Part shown: positions 26,727 to 41,094 of the stretch, piece by piece
Position numbering within the stretch: the first letter of the stretch is position 1
How the letters are laid out: every line of letters begins with the position of its first letter
NCBI GenBank assembly: GCA_951406725.2
Contig: OX597817.1
Coordinates: forward strand, 37,200,001-37,264,000
DNA length: 64,000 bases
Source: Octopus vulgaris
Taxonomy: Eukaryota
Reading direction: 5' to 3'
Notes under the pieces: model-generated
What the model was told of the DNA's origin: nothing
What the model saw: only the letters and a program-made list of their open reading frames with translations
The model's database searches: none
Translations under genes and position numbers: made by a program

Positions 26727-27636
26727 TTTAAAGAAACGCCACGGAGTACATCATAAAGTGGATGATCCGAGAAATATGCAAACCGTACTTTAATTGCAGC
26801 AGGAAGTGCAGATTATGCCTGGCCGAGAAGAGAGTCGTTTTAAAAGGTATCCAACGCCCGGATGTCTACCTGAATAGAAGGAGTGAAGTGTTTAATACTT
26901 GCCTGCATGAAAGGAAGTACATTCTACCGTACCTACACGCCGCACCATGACTGCAACCACACATCCCCTGCCTCAACACTCCGCCAACGACATTCCACCA
27001 ATACTCTCGGGCCCGGCAAAAAGAGTTTGACCAATGCGCACATCCACAAATGCACCAAAATATACATACGCACATCTCTATAAGGTGGACATCCCACAAC
27101 ATAGACTAGCTCCCACCATCCCCAAAACATACCCCTGCACACGGATTGTACCCCTACACATACACACATTAGACAACGCACATTAACATAAAAAACCATA
27201 CGCCTGTACCCTTTACAAAAAGAAAACAGACAAAAGAACACAACTATATATATCTACATTCCCAAAAAAATTATGCATATGACACCACTACACGTATCAC
27301 ACAAACCCACAGGAGCACAACATTAATAATATACACCTTCACCACTTCAAGATAACTCTTCTCGACTTCAAAGCATACCCAACCAAGGGACATTACTCCT
27401 AACCCAGCCCAGTCCCCCAGCCTCCTTTTCACTTCATCTTTTTTCACAGCAGCCGCTGTCCGGTTGTGCTAATCCACCTCCGACAATAGAGAGCAGTCGG
27501 CGTATTCCCTTCCATATCGGCTAAGTCTGATGAGCGTTAAGTTATGTAATCGGACTGTTACATAACACTCCATTGTATTCTTTACACAAAACTGATTGGT
27601 AAGATGAATATTTAATACTATACATTTCGGGTAATT
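26727..27636 (+). mobile_element. Inverted copy of PLE 3' region (inverted pseudo-LTR)
   Basis: Reverse complement of 25066-25972; encodes CKPYFNCSRKCRLCLAEKR..RSEVFNTCLHERKY followed by a C/A-rich UTR. Confidence 0.9.
27518..27605 (+). ncRNA. Degenerate hammerhead ribozyme (second arm)
   Basis: cggctaagt CTGATGA gcgttaagttatgtaatcggactgttacataac...tttacacaaaactgattggtaagat; the GAAA box is mutated and the 3' strand of stem I is deleted. Confidence 0.5.
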
Positions 27637-28559
27637 ATATATATATATGAGAAAGAGAGAGACAAAGGAGAGAGAGTATGTACCCAGCTTCTTTCCTCTG
27701 CAATGACGGTGAGTTAGCTGAAATGTTTTGACGTCATAGTCAGCATTTACCTATTAGAAATTAAGTACCAAGCTATTTTTCAGTAAAATGAAAAAAAATG
27801 TTTTTATATATAGCTTCAAAAAAATACATATATATATATGTGTGTGCGTGTGTGTGCATACATGTATGCATGTACATATATATATGTATGTATGTGTACA
27901 TATGTATGTATGCATGCGCATATATATATATGTATGTAAATATATATATATATACATACGTATAAATAAATATGTATGTGTATATATGTCTATATTCGTA
28001 TACACACATGTATAAATAAATATATATCTGTGTGTGTATGTATATATATATATAGACATATATATACACATACATATTTATTTATACGTGTGTATATATA
28101 TATATATATATGTGTGTGTAAATATATGTATTTTGTGTATGTATTTATTTATATACATCCATCCCTTCACACATACATTTATACATACAGAGAAATCAAA
28201 GAAAAGATGCAGATACAGTGAGCGAGCAATGCTAGTTGTATAATTATATTTCTCAGCATATCGCTGATTTCATTTCAAAATGCAAAAGTATCGAATATCG
28301 CTTTCTCTTATCCAAGATCGATAACGATGTATAGCTTATATGCCTATGTAATAGATTTTTGTGGGCAATTAAACACATCATGCTTATTAGTATTTACATT
28401 TCTTGAGAAAATTGTCAGGTAAAACAGGTGCATTGTTTACGTCACTCCATCGGTTGAACTATCACTTCAAAATCTGAACTGGGATTGATATATCTCCTGC
28501 AGTTACAACACATGTTCTTTTAAGCATTACGACGGAGTATCATGAGAATTATAAGTAGA

Positions 28560-28830
28560 GGCGCAATGGCGCAGTATTTAAGGCAGCGCACTCGCGGTTT
28601 CGATCCCCAGACCGGGTGTTGTGTGTGTTTATTGAACGTAAACACCTAAAGGCTCCACGACGCTCCGGCAGGGGGTGGTGGCGATCCCTGTTGTACTCTT
28701 TCGTCACAATTTTCTCTCACTCTCTCTTCCTGTTTCTTGAGTAACGCTGCGATGGTCTAGCGTCCCGTCCAGCTGGGGGGAACACATACACCACAGAAAC
28801 CGGGAAACCGGACCCATGAGCTTGAAAAAG
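28560..28830 (+). mobile_element. SINE family C-related copy
   Basis: ggcgcaatggcgcagtatttaaggcagcg...gcggtttcgatccccagaccggg...cgtcccgtccagctgggg...gaaaccgggaaaccgg shares head and tail with the reverse complement of 19191-19490. Confidence 0.8.
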
Positions 28831-29214
28831 GGTGATGTTTTTTTTTTATTATAAGAATTATTGTATTGTTATGTAAACGCATGTTAGCAGTCTACGACAA
28901 TGATGTGCGATATATAATGCCTTGTGATTTTTTTTCCTTTTTGTTGCGATATGAAATATCTTTACCTGGCTACATTTGAAATAGTACATGAGTCCCAATT
29001 TAAGCATTAGACGTTTTGGTACAACCGTTTTGGCGCCGCTTACCCCTTGGCACTGCTGATTCAACGCTGACTTATTTCACAGCAAACGTTTCAATTTTTC
29101 TTCCGTTCTCTCTTTCCCCTCCCCTCCATCTCTCTTTCTCTGTGTGAGAGCATTTCTCTTTATTAGGAGAGAGAAAATGAGAATTGTGTTTAATTAATTA
29201 GTTTTTATACCTAT

Positions 29215-29381
29215 AGGCGTAGGAGTGGCTGTGTGGTAAGTAGCTCGCTTACGAACTACATGGTTCCGGGTTTAGTCCCACTGCGGAGCAACTTGGGCAA
29301 GTGTCTTCCACTATAGCCTCGGGCTACCCAAAGCCTTGTGAGTAGCTTTGGTAGACGGAAACTGAAAGAAGCCCGTCGTAT

Positions 29382-29427
<46 letters not shown>

Positions 29428-29650
29428 GGTGGGGGTATGTTTGTGTGACTGTGTTTGTCCACCCAACATCGCATGACAACCGATGCTGGTGTGTTTCCGT
29501 CCCCGTAACTCCGCGGTTCGGCAAAAGAAACCGATACAATAAGTACTAGGCTTACAAAGAATAAGACCTGGGGTCGATGTGCTCAACGAAAGGTGATACT
29601 CCAGCATGGCCGCAGTCAAATGACTGAAACAAGTAAAAGAGTAAAAGAGA
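29215..29650 (+). mobile_element. SINE family B, full length
   Basis: Same head, CORE-like domain and tail as 19941; internal (TA)n. Confidence 0.9.
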
Positions 29651-32600
29651 GTCTCTTTCATTCTATGTGTATATATATATATGTTTGCTTGCCTCAAGTG
29701 CCAAAACAGTTTCAATGTACAGTCAACCATGCCAACTCTCCAGCGTTCAAACCGTCACACTCAACCATCTCCGTTCTAATTCATCTCTCTGTCACAGTTA
29801 TGGGTGGGAAAGCTAGAACGGTGGACAGTATTGCCTAATACAACTCATGCATACACGGGCACGAAAAGAAATAAACAAGAGCATCATACGTGAAGATGCA
29901 ATTATCAATACAATTGAGCTAGATTTTTTTTCATGAATTTCATAAAGCATTTTTTTATTCAATCCAGAATATCTAAAATGAATTAATCAATTAAACGGAA
30001 ATAACGAAGCACAATCAATGGAATAATCATTGTACTGATATGTGCTGGAACACCAGAACACGCTAATAAGTTTTGAAATTTGGTTTTAGGTCTGTGTTAG
30101 CATTGCTTCACGTGCACAGTAAATATCATTGTAAATGTCATAACTTAATATTCCCTTTCTCTTGTAAACAGGATGCCTCCATACCAGTACAGAAGTTTCG
30201 TTTCCTGTTCTAAAGAACAATAGCTGTTTTGTTATAGATCAATGGTAATGTTGATATGAATGTTTCACCAATATTGATTCTTATCAGAAACATGCTTCCA
30301 TCATTCAGTCTAGTTGTTAGTTTGCACGTTTCCATCGCGACAGTCGTTCCTACGTCACACCCTCTTGGGCATTATTGTCAGCTTGTATTTGTTTCATTCT
30401 TTTGACGTAACTGATATTTATTGTCCTGGTGATATAATACAAAAAGCAACTCTTTGTCTTCTGTCGTTCTTTTCTGCCGGTCTTTCTCTTTCAATCGCTT
30501 GACTACGTGAGATAATTATCAACTACCTCTTGGTCTTGTATGTGAAAAGCAGGAACAGACGGAATTACGGTATGAAGATAGTATTTATCTTAATAATTGT
30601 TATCGTAAGAACAAAATGTTTGTTAAAGAAAGAAGACCAAGAATTCAACGCAACTAGGAATGATCTATAAGGTCAAAGAAAGGAAGTTAAGGAAATTAAT
30701 AAGATGCATTTTTGTACTGTAATAAGTCTGTGATGGATTTTCCATTATGATTCTTAACTGTCTTTATCCGAATTATATGTAATAAATACCACTGTATGCT
30801 ATATAAGGTTTTATTATTAGACAGTTTCACTTCCAAAATTCTGCGAAAGTTTTTGTTTTTCTAAAGATACACCAAGGAATATGTCATTATTTCTAGCTCA
30901 CATAATGTTCTTTCCTTGTCAATGACATATATTCTATACGTGTATTTGCATTATATTTGTAGTCTTCTGTTTCTATATAAATTTCATCAGTGACACGTCT
31001 TATGTTGTCAAAAACTGTATGAAATAATTTTTATCTCTTAACCTTCCTTTATTTCTTATGAAGCACCAGATATTGTTGTTGAAATAACAATTTTTTCACT
31101 ACCAAAATAACATTCATATTGTGAGCAATCGATTATTTCTAAATATTGGTACAAATATTTACTGCTGCTACTGTTGTTGTTTGATCACAAATCAACAGGA
31201 GTCTAACAGCTGTTGAGCGGTCAAATAAGCGGAACCGACTCACATGTCTGATTCAGGTATACTATGTCATCTTTTAGATGAGAAACATATTGCAAAATTC
31301 ATAATCTGATGGCGTATCATATGAGCCTAATGATCTGGACATGCTCTATTCTCTACAATTACTTGCTAATAATGCTTAGTGGGGTAATGAATTAAACGAA
31401 AAACAATAGGATTAAGAATGTCTTACACTGTGCACAAGTATATTTCATTTTGTATTGGCTAAAATTCTTAAATAAAGAAGGACACGATACTGAACTAAGT
31501 GACAAGCTTGCTTGTGAAAAATTCATATTACAACAGCTTAGTAGACTTGCACTGAACATAGCTTTAAAGATATCATCACTCCAATCTGCGTAGCCTAAAT
31601 TCTTGACTACAGTGTTGAAGTTTATTAATGTATTCTAATGAACCAATAATTGTATGTCGAAATGTGAATGTTTAAAAGCGTCGGGCTTTGAAACAGTTGC
31701 TCAGTTGACTTTATTATTATATCTGATATGTCATTATAGAATGACGTGTGCCGTAGAAATGCAATGTTTTCGGTTTTGATTCTGTACAAATCGATGAACT
31801 ATTTAAATATTTATGAATGCAAAATATAGATCTAAAGAGTAAGAAAATTTCAGAAAACCAACAGCATCAAAAATACACCATATTTTCTACCAATTCTGAT
31901 AACAAAACGCCATTAACCTTAATAATTCACATATTACTCTATTATTCAAAAATCTCCTCTTGCAGATATCATTACTGTATCGCTATCGTATGTCTTTTTC
32001 AAACAAAGCTTCAATTTCTTAGGCAATAAAGTAAAGAATGTGGATATTTAGAGAGAGGAAGTATGTTTATTTGTCTGGCTGGTTGACACTTTTAATACTG
32101 TTCTGTAGTAAAATTCAATTATTCTTTATGGTCTTGTTTGTTATGCTGTTGCAAGGGGTTGGAATGTATCGACGCAGTATTTTGTCTTGATAGTTAATGG
32201 ATGAACACTGTTCATTAATTATTTAACTAGGCGTTCTTCCATTAGCACTTTTACAAGAATATTTGTGCTTTGCTATGCTGCATGTTTATACACAAAGTAA
32301 ACAAGCAAGTCGGAGGATTTCACATAAACCAGGTACACCTGCGGTTTTCTAGTTTTCTACTTGAATTAATACTACCAACTTTTCTATTTATTAGAAGTGT
32401 GCAAATGGCCGCTAGAGAAGAGCGGTTAAGTAACTCACAGTTACTTAACTTACCGGGTCATGATTCTGGATATGAATTAAAACGTGCTAATTTCATATTT
32501 TATCGATCTGAAATCGATTACGTCTCTAACAAATATTTAATCAACTTGAATCACTTCCCTTTAATAGAATGGTTGAGATCCACAAAAAATACAGATATTT

Positions 32601-34049
32601 AGTTTTAACCTTTCGGATCTGGAACGATGAAAAGCCTATAGTCAAACCCAGCGAGACTCACAACCCTTAAGAGAGATTATTAAACATGAAAACATTTTTC
32701 CATTGCTCAATCTATTCTGTTGTCCACTCCAACTTCGGATTCCTATTTTCAACGCAAACTTAGAACTGGAAGAGTTTATCAAGTATAGAAACCCCTACAA
32801 TACATTAATTGAGAGATACAGAAAAGTTTTCCCGTCTTACATCACAGAGAATTAAGTCAGTGATGGTAGACACGCTGACAAATGTTCACTATTATCAAAT
32901 GCTTCGTAAAAGTCCTGCAACAATATTTGAAGGTGCTAAAATTATCATTTTTTGGAATATACTTATGAAATATCTGGCTGTGCTTGCTCGACTTTAAATC
33001 TTTCATTACCTTAATGATATCTATAATCGTCGATTTATAGGCATAAATCCCCATATCTTGAGGTCTGTACCCCTACTTACCACCTTGGCATCCGTTGGGT
33101 TGAAGCTATCTCTCTACAATTCTCCCCAATTTCTTGTTATAGATAATCCACAGAGGTCTTTCAAATGTATTTTCACATCACTCTAGCGATATGAATTACA
33201 ATTAAGATAACGGACGCCTCAGAAAACTTGTGGACCTTGCTTAGTGACTTTACAGACTTTCCTCTGTTGAGTGTACTCTAAAAGTATCAGAGATGGTCCG
33301 TTGATTGCCTAACCACCATGCTGCTATCCATTGCTTCACTGCTGCTTAGATCGGGTTGCTGCTGAATGCAATTCCTCACCAATGTTTGTTTAATCCATGA
33401 AGGTATATTTCCAATTCACTACTAATCTACGTAGCTATAGATCATTTTCTTACGCACCGTGTAGGGGCTTTCTTTCAAACCTATTCCTATGTGTTCTGTC
33501 AGCTTATGTTTTCATAGAACTAATCATGTACCCCTCTGTTAGATTTACGGCGATCGACACGTGTCTTATGTGCCGTAATATATTTCATTCTGTTGCTGCG
33601 TCTCTGCAATTTCTCAGCTTATGTATACTACAACATCAATTATTGAGATATTACGTAATATTGTTATCACATTTGTCATATAATTATGTCAAGCTTATCT
33701 CGTGTTATCTGTGGTACTTCTTTATGTTGAAATTCCATTGGATCTTTTCTTTATCATGTTCTATGACAGGGAGATTGAGGCTCGTGTTGATAATGAAATA
33801 TTTTCGAATATAGATCAGTTTCATTCGTTCTGATGTCTCGAAAGATATATTATTAAAGATAATGATGGACATCCTGGCAAAATATAGAGTATTATTACAG
33901 AAGATCGATCTCGTAGGTATCATCTGTTATCTGCATTACAGGGATAATTTCCTATAGATGAAATATTGTTACTTTTCCTGATCTATTTAACCGGATTAGT
34001 TACTCAGTCCAGAATCGGTGTTTAGTTGGTATTCGGGGCAGGCAGCTTA

Positions 34050-34480
34050 CGACAAGGCTGTGTGGTGATGATGTATGCTTTGCCGCTATGTGGCTTTGGG
34101 TTCAGTTCTACTGCGTAGTATCGTGGGTAAGTATTCAACCCGGATCTACTAAAGATCCGGGCTGAACAATGTTTTGTGAGTGAATTTGGTGAAACAAAAT
34201 TGTGAAAGTCCCGCTGTGCGCGCGCCTGTGCATGTGCTTGTAGGGGTGAGGAGAGAGAAATTGAGTGAGTGCGGTCTCTGTCTTTGTGCACATCTCTCAC
34301 TGCTTGGCAATCAGAGTTGGTTTGTTTACATCCACATAATCCACCGGTTCGGCAAATGAGGCTGATTGAATAAGTACCTTAAACATGTATTGATTCCGAT
34401 TTAATCACCATACACTTCGGGGTAGTACGCCAGCATGAGCTTAGCCCAATGACTGAAACAGGTAAAAGAATAAAATAATA
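34050..34480 (+). mobile_element. Highly diverged SINE family B copy
   Basis: ggctgtgtggtg...gggttcagttctactgcgt...ttgtgagtgaatttggt...ccagcatg...aatgactgaaacaggtaaaagaat. Confidence 0.7.
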
Positions 34481-34503
34481 AAAGAAAATAATGCCATAAT
34501 ATT

Positions 34504-34718
34504 CTTTTCTACAATAAGCACAAGGCCTGAAATTTGGGGGAAGGGAGCTAGTCGATTACATTGACCTCAGTGTTTCACTGGTACTTAATTTATCGACCCC
34601 GAAAGGATGAAAGAGAAAGTCGATCTCGGTGGAATTTGAAATCAGAACGTAAAGACAGACGAAATACTGCTAAGCATTTTATCCAGCGTGCGAACGATTC
34701 TGCCAGCTCCTCGCCTTC
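34504..34718 (-). mobile_element. SINE family A, monomeric copy with TSD
   Basis: Single module; flanking aaataatgccataatatt / aaatattgtcataatatt. Confidence 0.85.
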
Positions 34719-36089
34719 AAATATTGTCATAATATTGTGGCTGCTTATTATGCTTTGTCACAGCTAGCAGGTTATAGGTACTCTCTCCTAGCTTCTTCTA
34801 AGAACTTTGCTGCTGCTGTGATAACCAGCTATGTTATTATTGCCATTGGTGGCTGATAATAATGTTGTTGATGATGATGATGCCTTCGACCTTGTTTGCA
34901 CGTCAGTTAGCATTCCAATGAAACAGGTTTGAGTCTTGCTTTCACTTGTCAAACATCTACGTTAGTTTACATCAAAGACCATAAACCTAAAACGTGCCTA
35001 AACGGACGCTTAATAGACCTGTATATGGTGTCGGTATGTCAGTGGTGTCAGATAATTAGACTACAATATCTACTTTCTTCCCTTTACGCTATCTTTCCTC
35101 CCTCTGGAAGAATGTTCTAGTGGAATTAAATTTACATACTATCTCTTCCTTTTAAGTTGTCGCTTTTTAGTCTTGAGTCAAGCATGGTAGATTATGATGA
35201 AAATTATTTCATACGTAACTGTCCTGAAATTTTTCGCTAAAACTACGATTTAACGCATTCAGCTTTATTTATGAAAATAGAGTCAGGTTTTAGTGAAGTT
35301 TGGCTTCTATTTATGGAAGATTGATCAAACAAATATTGGCTCACTCCTATATTTGTGTCCCTTTTATTTGTGTTATTGAGGATTTATAATGCTATGTGAA
35401 TTTATGAAGCATCATTTTCTGAAGCTAAACGGTTACATAAAGCCGTTACAAAGAATCTTTTATGTTATTTCGAGACAGAGAAAAACTCAGTTTCTATGCT
35501 ACAAAACAAGGTTTTAACCTTGCTTTGTGAGTAAGGTACCGGCTGCTACTACGAAGCAGTTTTAATATGCCGAACCGAGTTACCAGCTTGAATTTATTGT
35601 ATTTCCTTTTCGTTCCTAACGCAATTTGAAAAGTCTTGAACGTCACACAATCTAATAAATATGACACAAATCGATAATCTTTGATCTAATTTGATGTTGA
35701 GCAGTTAATGCCATTGTCAAACCCTGGAAAATGAAATCCAAAATCATATTCTGATTTTCTATTGAGAATATAGTAATAACTATTGGAAAGCATTCAGGAA
35801 ACATTATTACTAACAACTGCTTTAATAATCTGACAGCAAAATATATCTGGAAAACGGAAAACGTCACAAGTTTCTTAATCTTCGTGCATTACATTTCTTG
35901 GGTCATGTAAAGCGTTTTGAAATTGTCTTAAGATATATCACAATACTTCTCCAATTATACAGGTAATTGGAGGATTTTATAATTTCTTCACCTTTGCTAT
36001 TAACTTATGCATTATTTAAACGTCTCTGCGAATGCTTTTATACCATCAAGCCAATGCAGAATTCTCTTAATAGAAATAAATAAACAGAA

Positions 36090-36225
36090 GAATTGTAGAA
36101 AGGCAGACGAAATGCTTACTGTTAACTTATCTAGATCTATTTATATTCTGAGCTCAAATTCTTCCGAATTCTACTTTGCTTTCCAATCTCTCGGGGTCGA
36201 CAAATTTAGAACTGGTCATCTACTT
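36090..36225 (+). mobile_element. Degenerate SINE family A fragment
   Basis: gacgaaatgctta...ttctgagctcaaattcttccga...actttgctttcc...cggggtcgac. Confidence 0.6.
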
Positions 36226-36505
36226 GGTTTTCTTTTTTTACCGATTATACTCTGCCTATCTCATTTTTTATTCTTCTTCTTTCGCCCTCTTGGTTGCAGT
36301 ATTTGTTCTGCCTCTTTGTATAGAGTATTTGAAGTGGTGTACAGATATTGTATATTGAAAAAAAGAGGCAGTCAGAGTTCTGAACAATCCTTTACTTATG
36401 CTTTCCTTCGTATACCAACTCGTCAAGACAAAATCAAATACGAAATGATTTTGAACTTGTCTTGAGGACTTCGTAAACGAAATGAAAGTGCTAATGAAGG
36501 ATTCT

Positions 36506-36548
<43 letters not shown>

Positions 36549-36562
36549 TATATATATATATA

Positions 36563-37116
36563 TTGGGTTGTCTGAAAAGTTAGTGCCGATTTTGAAATGA
36601 AAGAAAAAGGTAAATAAATACTTGCCATTACATTTTTAATCGATCAAATAGGAACCATTTTGTTGCACAATGTGCCTCCATCTTTCCTTTAACTTGAAAA
36701 TATCCTCTTCCCAGAATGGAGGTGGTTTCGTGGCAAAGAATTCATCAAGGTATCTTGTTAAGTCATCCAAGGAATTGAAATTTTTACCATTAAGACTATT
36801 CTGCAGAGACCTGAAATAAGGAGAAATATCTGGTGAATATGGAGGGTGGGGTAACACATCCCAGCCAAGCTGCAGCAATTTTTGTCTCATTCCCAAAGCC
36901 TCAAGTACCGAAAACGAACTTTCTAATCTTCTATTTTAAAAGGTTACAGAATTAACACAGGTTATAGGAACATAAACCTTATTCCACGAAAAGATAGCTT
37001 AAACTGTGCTCTAAATGGAGGTGCAGTCGAATCCTATTTTATGGACTCAACCATGTTCTAAAATAAGTCGAAAGGTAAGCTACTATAAATCGGCAAGAAC
37101 TTTCCGGACAACTCAA
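36563..37116 (-). mobile_element. Internally deleted mariner element
   Basis: ~30-bp TIRs ttgggttgtctgaaaagttagtgccgattt / aaatcggcaagaactttccggacaactcaa in TA context. The minus ORF 36636-36896 is the transposase C-terminus: LGWDVLPHPPYSPDI..YFRSLQNSLNGKNF..LKERWRHIVQQNGSY. Confidence 0.92.
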
Positions 37117-37301
37117 CATATACATATATATACATATATATATGCATATAGACGTGTGTGTACCCACACAGACTTCGTTTCTGTTGTTTCCGTTAATTTC
37201 ACCAGCGAAGATTTAGGTTAGAATGAAATAATATATTCAAATACTGGCATTGAGTACTTTCTCTCTCTCACACACTTGCACACGCATTGTACAGACATAC
37301 T

Positions 37302-37354
<53 letters not shown>

Positions 37355-37470
37355 TGTGTACGTATATGTGTGCATTTATGTGCGTTTATGTGTATGTACA
37401 CGTATACGATGGAAATAGAATATAAAGCACACACTGATAGCAAAATACAATAACAATGCTATAAGGCGGC

Positions 37471-37502
<32 letters not shown>

Positions 37503-38077
37503 CATTTGCATATATATGTGCGTGTGTGTGTGTGGCTGTATGTTTACTAATGTTTCTGTGTATGGATGCATTTTTGTTTACTCTCTAAGTATTGATTTAC
37601 ATTACAAATAATCAATATTCTATAAGAACAATTTCGAAATTTAATATTAGATTTTTCGTTTGTTGCTAATAAATTATCAAGCCTATTTTCTAATTGTGAA
37701 CTTCACAAGGCTTTTGTCTAAATATGTACGCATTGGCATGTTTATGTATAGGTATATATATCTGTGTTTATGCATACTTATACATGCGGTTTTGTCGCTG
37801 CACAGGTTTTCCTTGTATATTTAGATTAATAAATCTAAATTTCTGAGGTGTTTTTTTTTTATCATTTTAATACAATAGCATTTTGTAACGTACTTAACCC
37901 TGCGCTTTGAGTGCAAATGCGTACAGCATTTTGTGCTAATGTAGCCTGGTTTACAACAGATTAAGCATAAAAGAATTCGAGATCCACAGACCAAATACTT
38001 CCCAAAGTCCTGAAATTGAAACGAGCATATTGTGAAGGTGGTGTCTGATATCCTGACTCTCAGGCATGAGCGTGGTT

Positions 38078-38285
38078 TCTTTTATTCTTTTAATTGTTTC
38101 AGTCATTTGACTGCGGCCATGCTGGAGCACCGCCTTTAGTCGAATCAAATCGACCCCAGGACTTCTTACGTAAGCCTAGTACTTATTCTATCGGTCTCCT
38201 TGGCCGAACCGCTAAGTTACGGGGACCTAAATACACCAGCATCGGTTGTCAAGCGACGTTGGGGGAACAAACACAGATACACAGC
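38078..38285 (-). mobile_element. SINE family B, 3' half
   Basis: tgtttcagtcatttgactgcggccatgctggagcaccgcc...ccagcatcggttgtcaagcg is the reverse complement of the family B tail. Confidence 0.85.
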
Positions 38286-38541
38286 ACACACATATACACA
38301 CACACATACACACACACACACACATCTGTGGTGTTTACGGATATTCATTCATTAATTCAAATGCATAAATACAGGTGAATATAAATGGGTAAATTTCACC
38401 TGTGTATACGATTATCGTGTTTTTATAGCTTGGCAAAAGTTAAAATAACTGTATACATTTGAACGTGTTGCATGTGTATGCGTGTATACGCTCAGAACAA
38501 AAGCAACTCTCACGGTATTGAATCACTCATAAACATATATT

Positions 38542-38670
38542 CTTAAGCAAAGATATTATTGACAACGACTTCGAAGTTCCCTTCAGCTCAGCCATCGACG
38601 AACTGCCGGTTCGACGATGACTTAACTGGCCGAAGCTTCGAAGTCACTGTCAATAATATTCTTATTTAAG
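38542..38670. repeat. Foldback element sharing the GACAGTGACTTCGAA core with 8910-8975
   Basis: agatattattgacaacgacttcgaag ... cttcgaagtcactgtcaataatattct. Confidence 0.75.
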
Positions 38671-38759
38671 AATAATAAATTTGTACTGTACAAAGGTGTA
38701 GAGTAACCCTTCAGATTAATGTAAAATTGTTTTTTTATAATTACTGAACAAAGCAACAA

Positions 38760-38791
<32 letters not shown>

Positions 38792-38812
38792 ATAAGTATG
38801 TATATAAGTATG

Positions 38813-38882
<70 letters not shown>

Positions 38883-38884
<2 letters not shown>

Positions 38885-39112
38885 GGTGCATAATTAATGC
38901 GGCTTTTTTTCAACAAATTTCATTTAACAAAAACAATAAAATTATTTAATAAAAACATCTTTAAATGACGGTCTGACTGTCTGCCAAGTAAATTGGAAGC
39001 AGTAATTAAAGTAAATGGTGAATATGCTCCGGAATAATTATTTAAAGATGTTTTTGTTATATGCTGTTATTGTTTTTGTTGAATAACATTTGTTGAAGAA
39101 ATGCCGCATCAT
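38883..39112 (+). mobile_element. Mariner-derived MITE with long TIRs
   Basis: ~75-bp inverted arms (aatgcggc..ttcaacaaat..aacaaaaacaataa..aaaaacatctttaaat). The centre encodes a mariner-like C-terminus, CLPSKLEAVIKVNGEYAPE*. Confidence 0.75.
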
Positions 39113-39544
39113 TGCTTCCATCATTGTCTCTATGATTAGTCATAAAAGTGGGAAAAAACATGACTGTTCGTGACCTTTTGCAGGATATCTAATGTTGGCA
39201 AGAAAGTAGGAAAGGAAACTGCGACTCATGCATTACTGTAATCTCCTTACTCTAAAAGTTTACAAAGAATGGACTTTATTAAAGGTGCCTAGAGGCCACT
39301 TGTTGATGTAAAAAAATGAGTGGCAAATGATTTATCATTAGAAATAGTAAAAACGTCACAATGTCCTAGTTTCTCTTCTCTGCCAACGTATAGTTCTTGA
39401 AAAAGCTAATAATTCAATATCTTCTTAGCCTGGAGATAATTTATATTGATAATTTAAAGAAATGAACGTAACTAATGCTGTTTCCCTTTTGTACATTTTC
39501 TCCCCCCTCTCTCTCTCTCTCCCTCCCTCTCTCGTTATACATAG

Positions 39545-39579
<35 letters not shown>

Positions 39580-39675
39580 ATATATATTGACAAGATGACT
39601 CTGCTGTCTTTTGCTTTCTTTTCATTCTCTTTTTATATCTCTCCCTTTTTGTATCTTTTCTCTTACGACAGACGT

Positions 39676-39735
<60 letters not shown>

Positions 39736-40196
39736 ATACGCAGACATATGCGTTTGTGCATGATCTGGAGTCGCAGAGCTTTGGTTATAAGGCTTCGCCC
39801 TCAGAGTTCAAATCCTGCTTAGGTCACCTTTAACTTTTAATCGTTTATAAGATAACAAAAGTGCCAAGATAACCGAGTAAGCCATCGATTATTTTTGTGA
39901 CTATAAATATATAAGCTTGTTAGAAAAGCTGTAGGTATCGAACCATTTGTCCATAGATATTCTCCTAGTTGATTTTGAAAGAGGTGCTTACATTTGCTGC
40001 ACAACTAACCTGTAAATGACTTTTTTCGTCCCAAATGAAATGTTTGGTCTGTCAAGTTTCTACTCGGCAGATTTTATGAAAATATTCCCTATGTATGCAT
40101 GTATGTATGTATGTGTATGTATGTGTGTATGTATGTATGTATGTGTGTATGTATGTATGTTTGTATGTATTTATGTATCTTTTATGTCTAACTTGT

Positions 40197-40431
40197 TCTG
40201 ATCATTGGACTGCAGCCATGCTGGGGCACCACACTAAACGTATTTTAGTTTAAGTCAAACGAATCGACTATATTCGGTTCGTTCGACTCCAGCAACCAAC
40301 ACTGTTATCAAGTTTTGGTGGGGTACAAACATAAAGACGCACATATACACACATACACGTATATACATACACAAGCACACACATACACACACACACAAAC
40401 ATTCACGCACGACATACACAAAGACGTGCAC

Positions 40432-40466
<35 letters not shown>

Positions 40467-40625
40467 TACATGTATACGTCGGGCTTCGTTCAGTTTCCGT
40501 CTATGACACAAACACGCAAGGCTTTGGTCAGCCTGGGGCTGTAATAGAAGACCCTTACCCATGGTGGTACGCAGTGAGACTGAACCCGAAACCATTTAGT
40601 TTGGAAACAAACTTCTTACCACGCT
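40197..40625 (-). mobile_element. Diverged SINE family B copy
   Basis: gactgcagccatgctggggcacc...gggcttcgttcagtttccgtcta...gactgaacccgaaacc...cttcttaccac. Confidence 0.8.
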
Positions 40626-41094
40626 TGAAACTATGTTTATATTTTCTATACATATATAAAATAGTTCTTCTGAATACACACACTCACACACGCGCACAAT
40701 AATATTAATGCTTTATCTTATACAGACACACACACATACACACACACACACATACATGATGACTTCAACTCGATTTCCAACACTTGATCGTTGAACATGA
40801 GTAGCCCTGCCAAGGACCTACACAGATTTGAAAAGACATGGCAACGGTGGTACACCTCTTACAGTCGGTATTCATAGAGCTTATAACACATGCTGACGTA
40901 TGCCCTCAAAGCACCATGGAATGTTTTGTCTTTATTAACTACGACCCGATGTAAAAATCAAGCGAAGCCTATACCTCATTCTTCTTTAAGTGATGATAGG
41001 CCTTGCACAGAGGCAATCTCACTTTCTAAACAACATATGTATTTGCTCCAAAAGGAGTTCTAGTTTATTTCATTGGATGCAAATGAAGTCGTAG

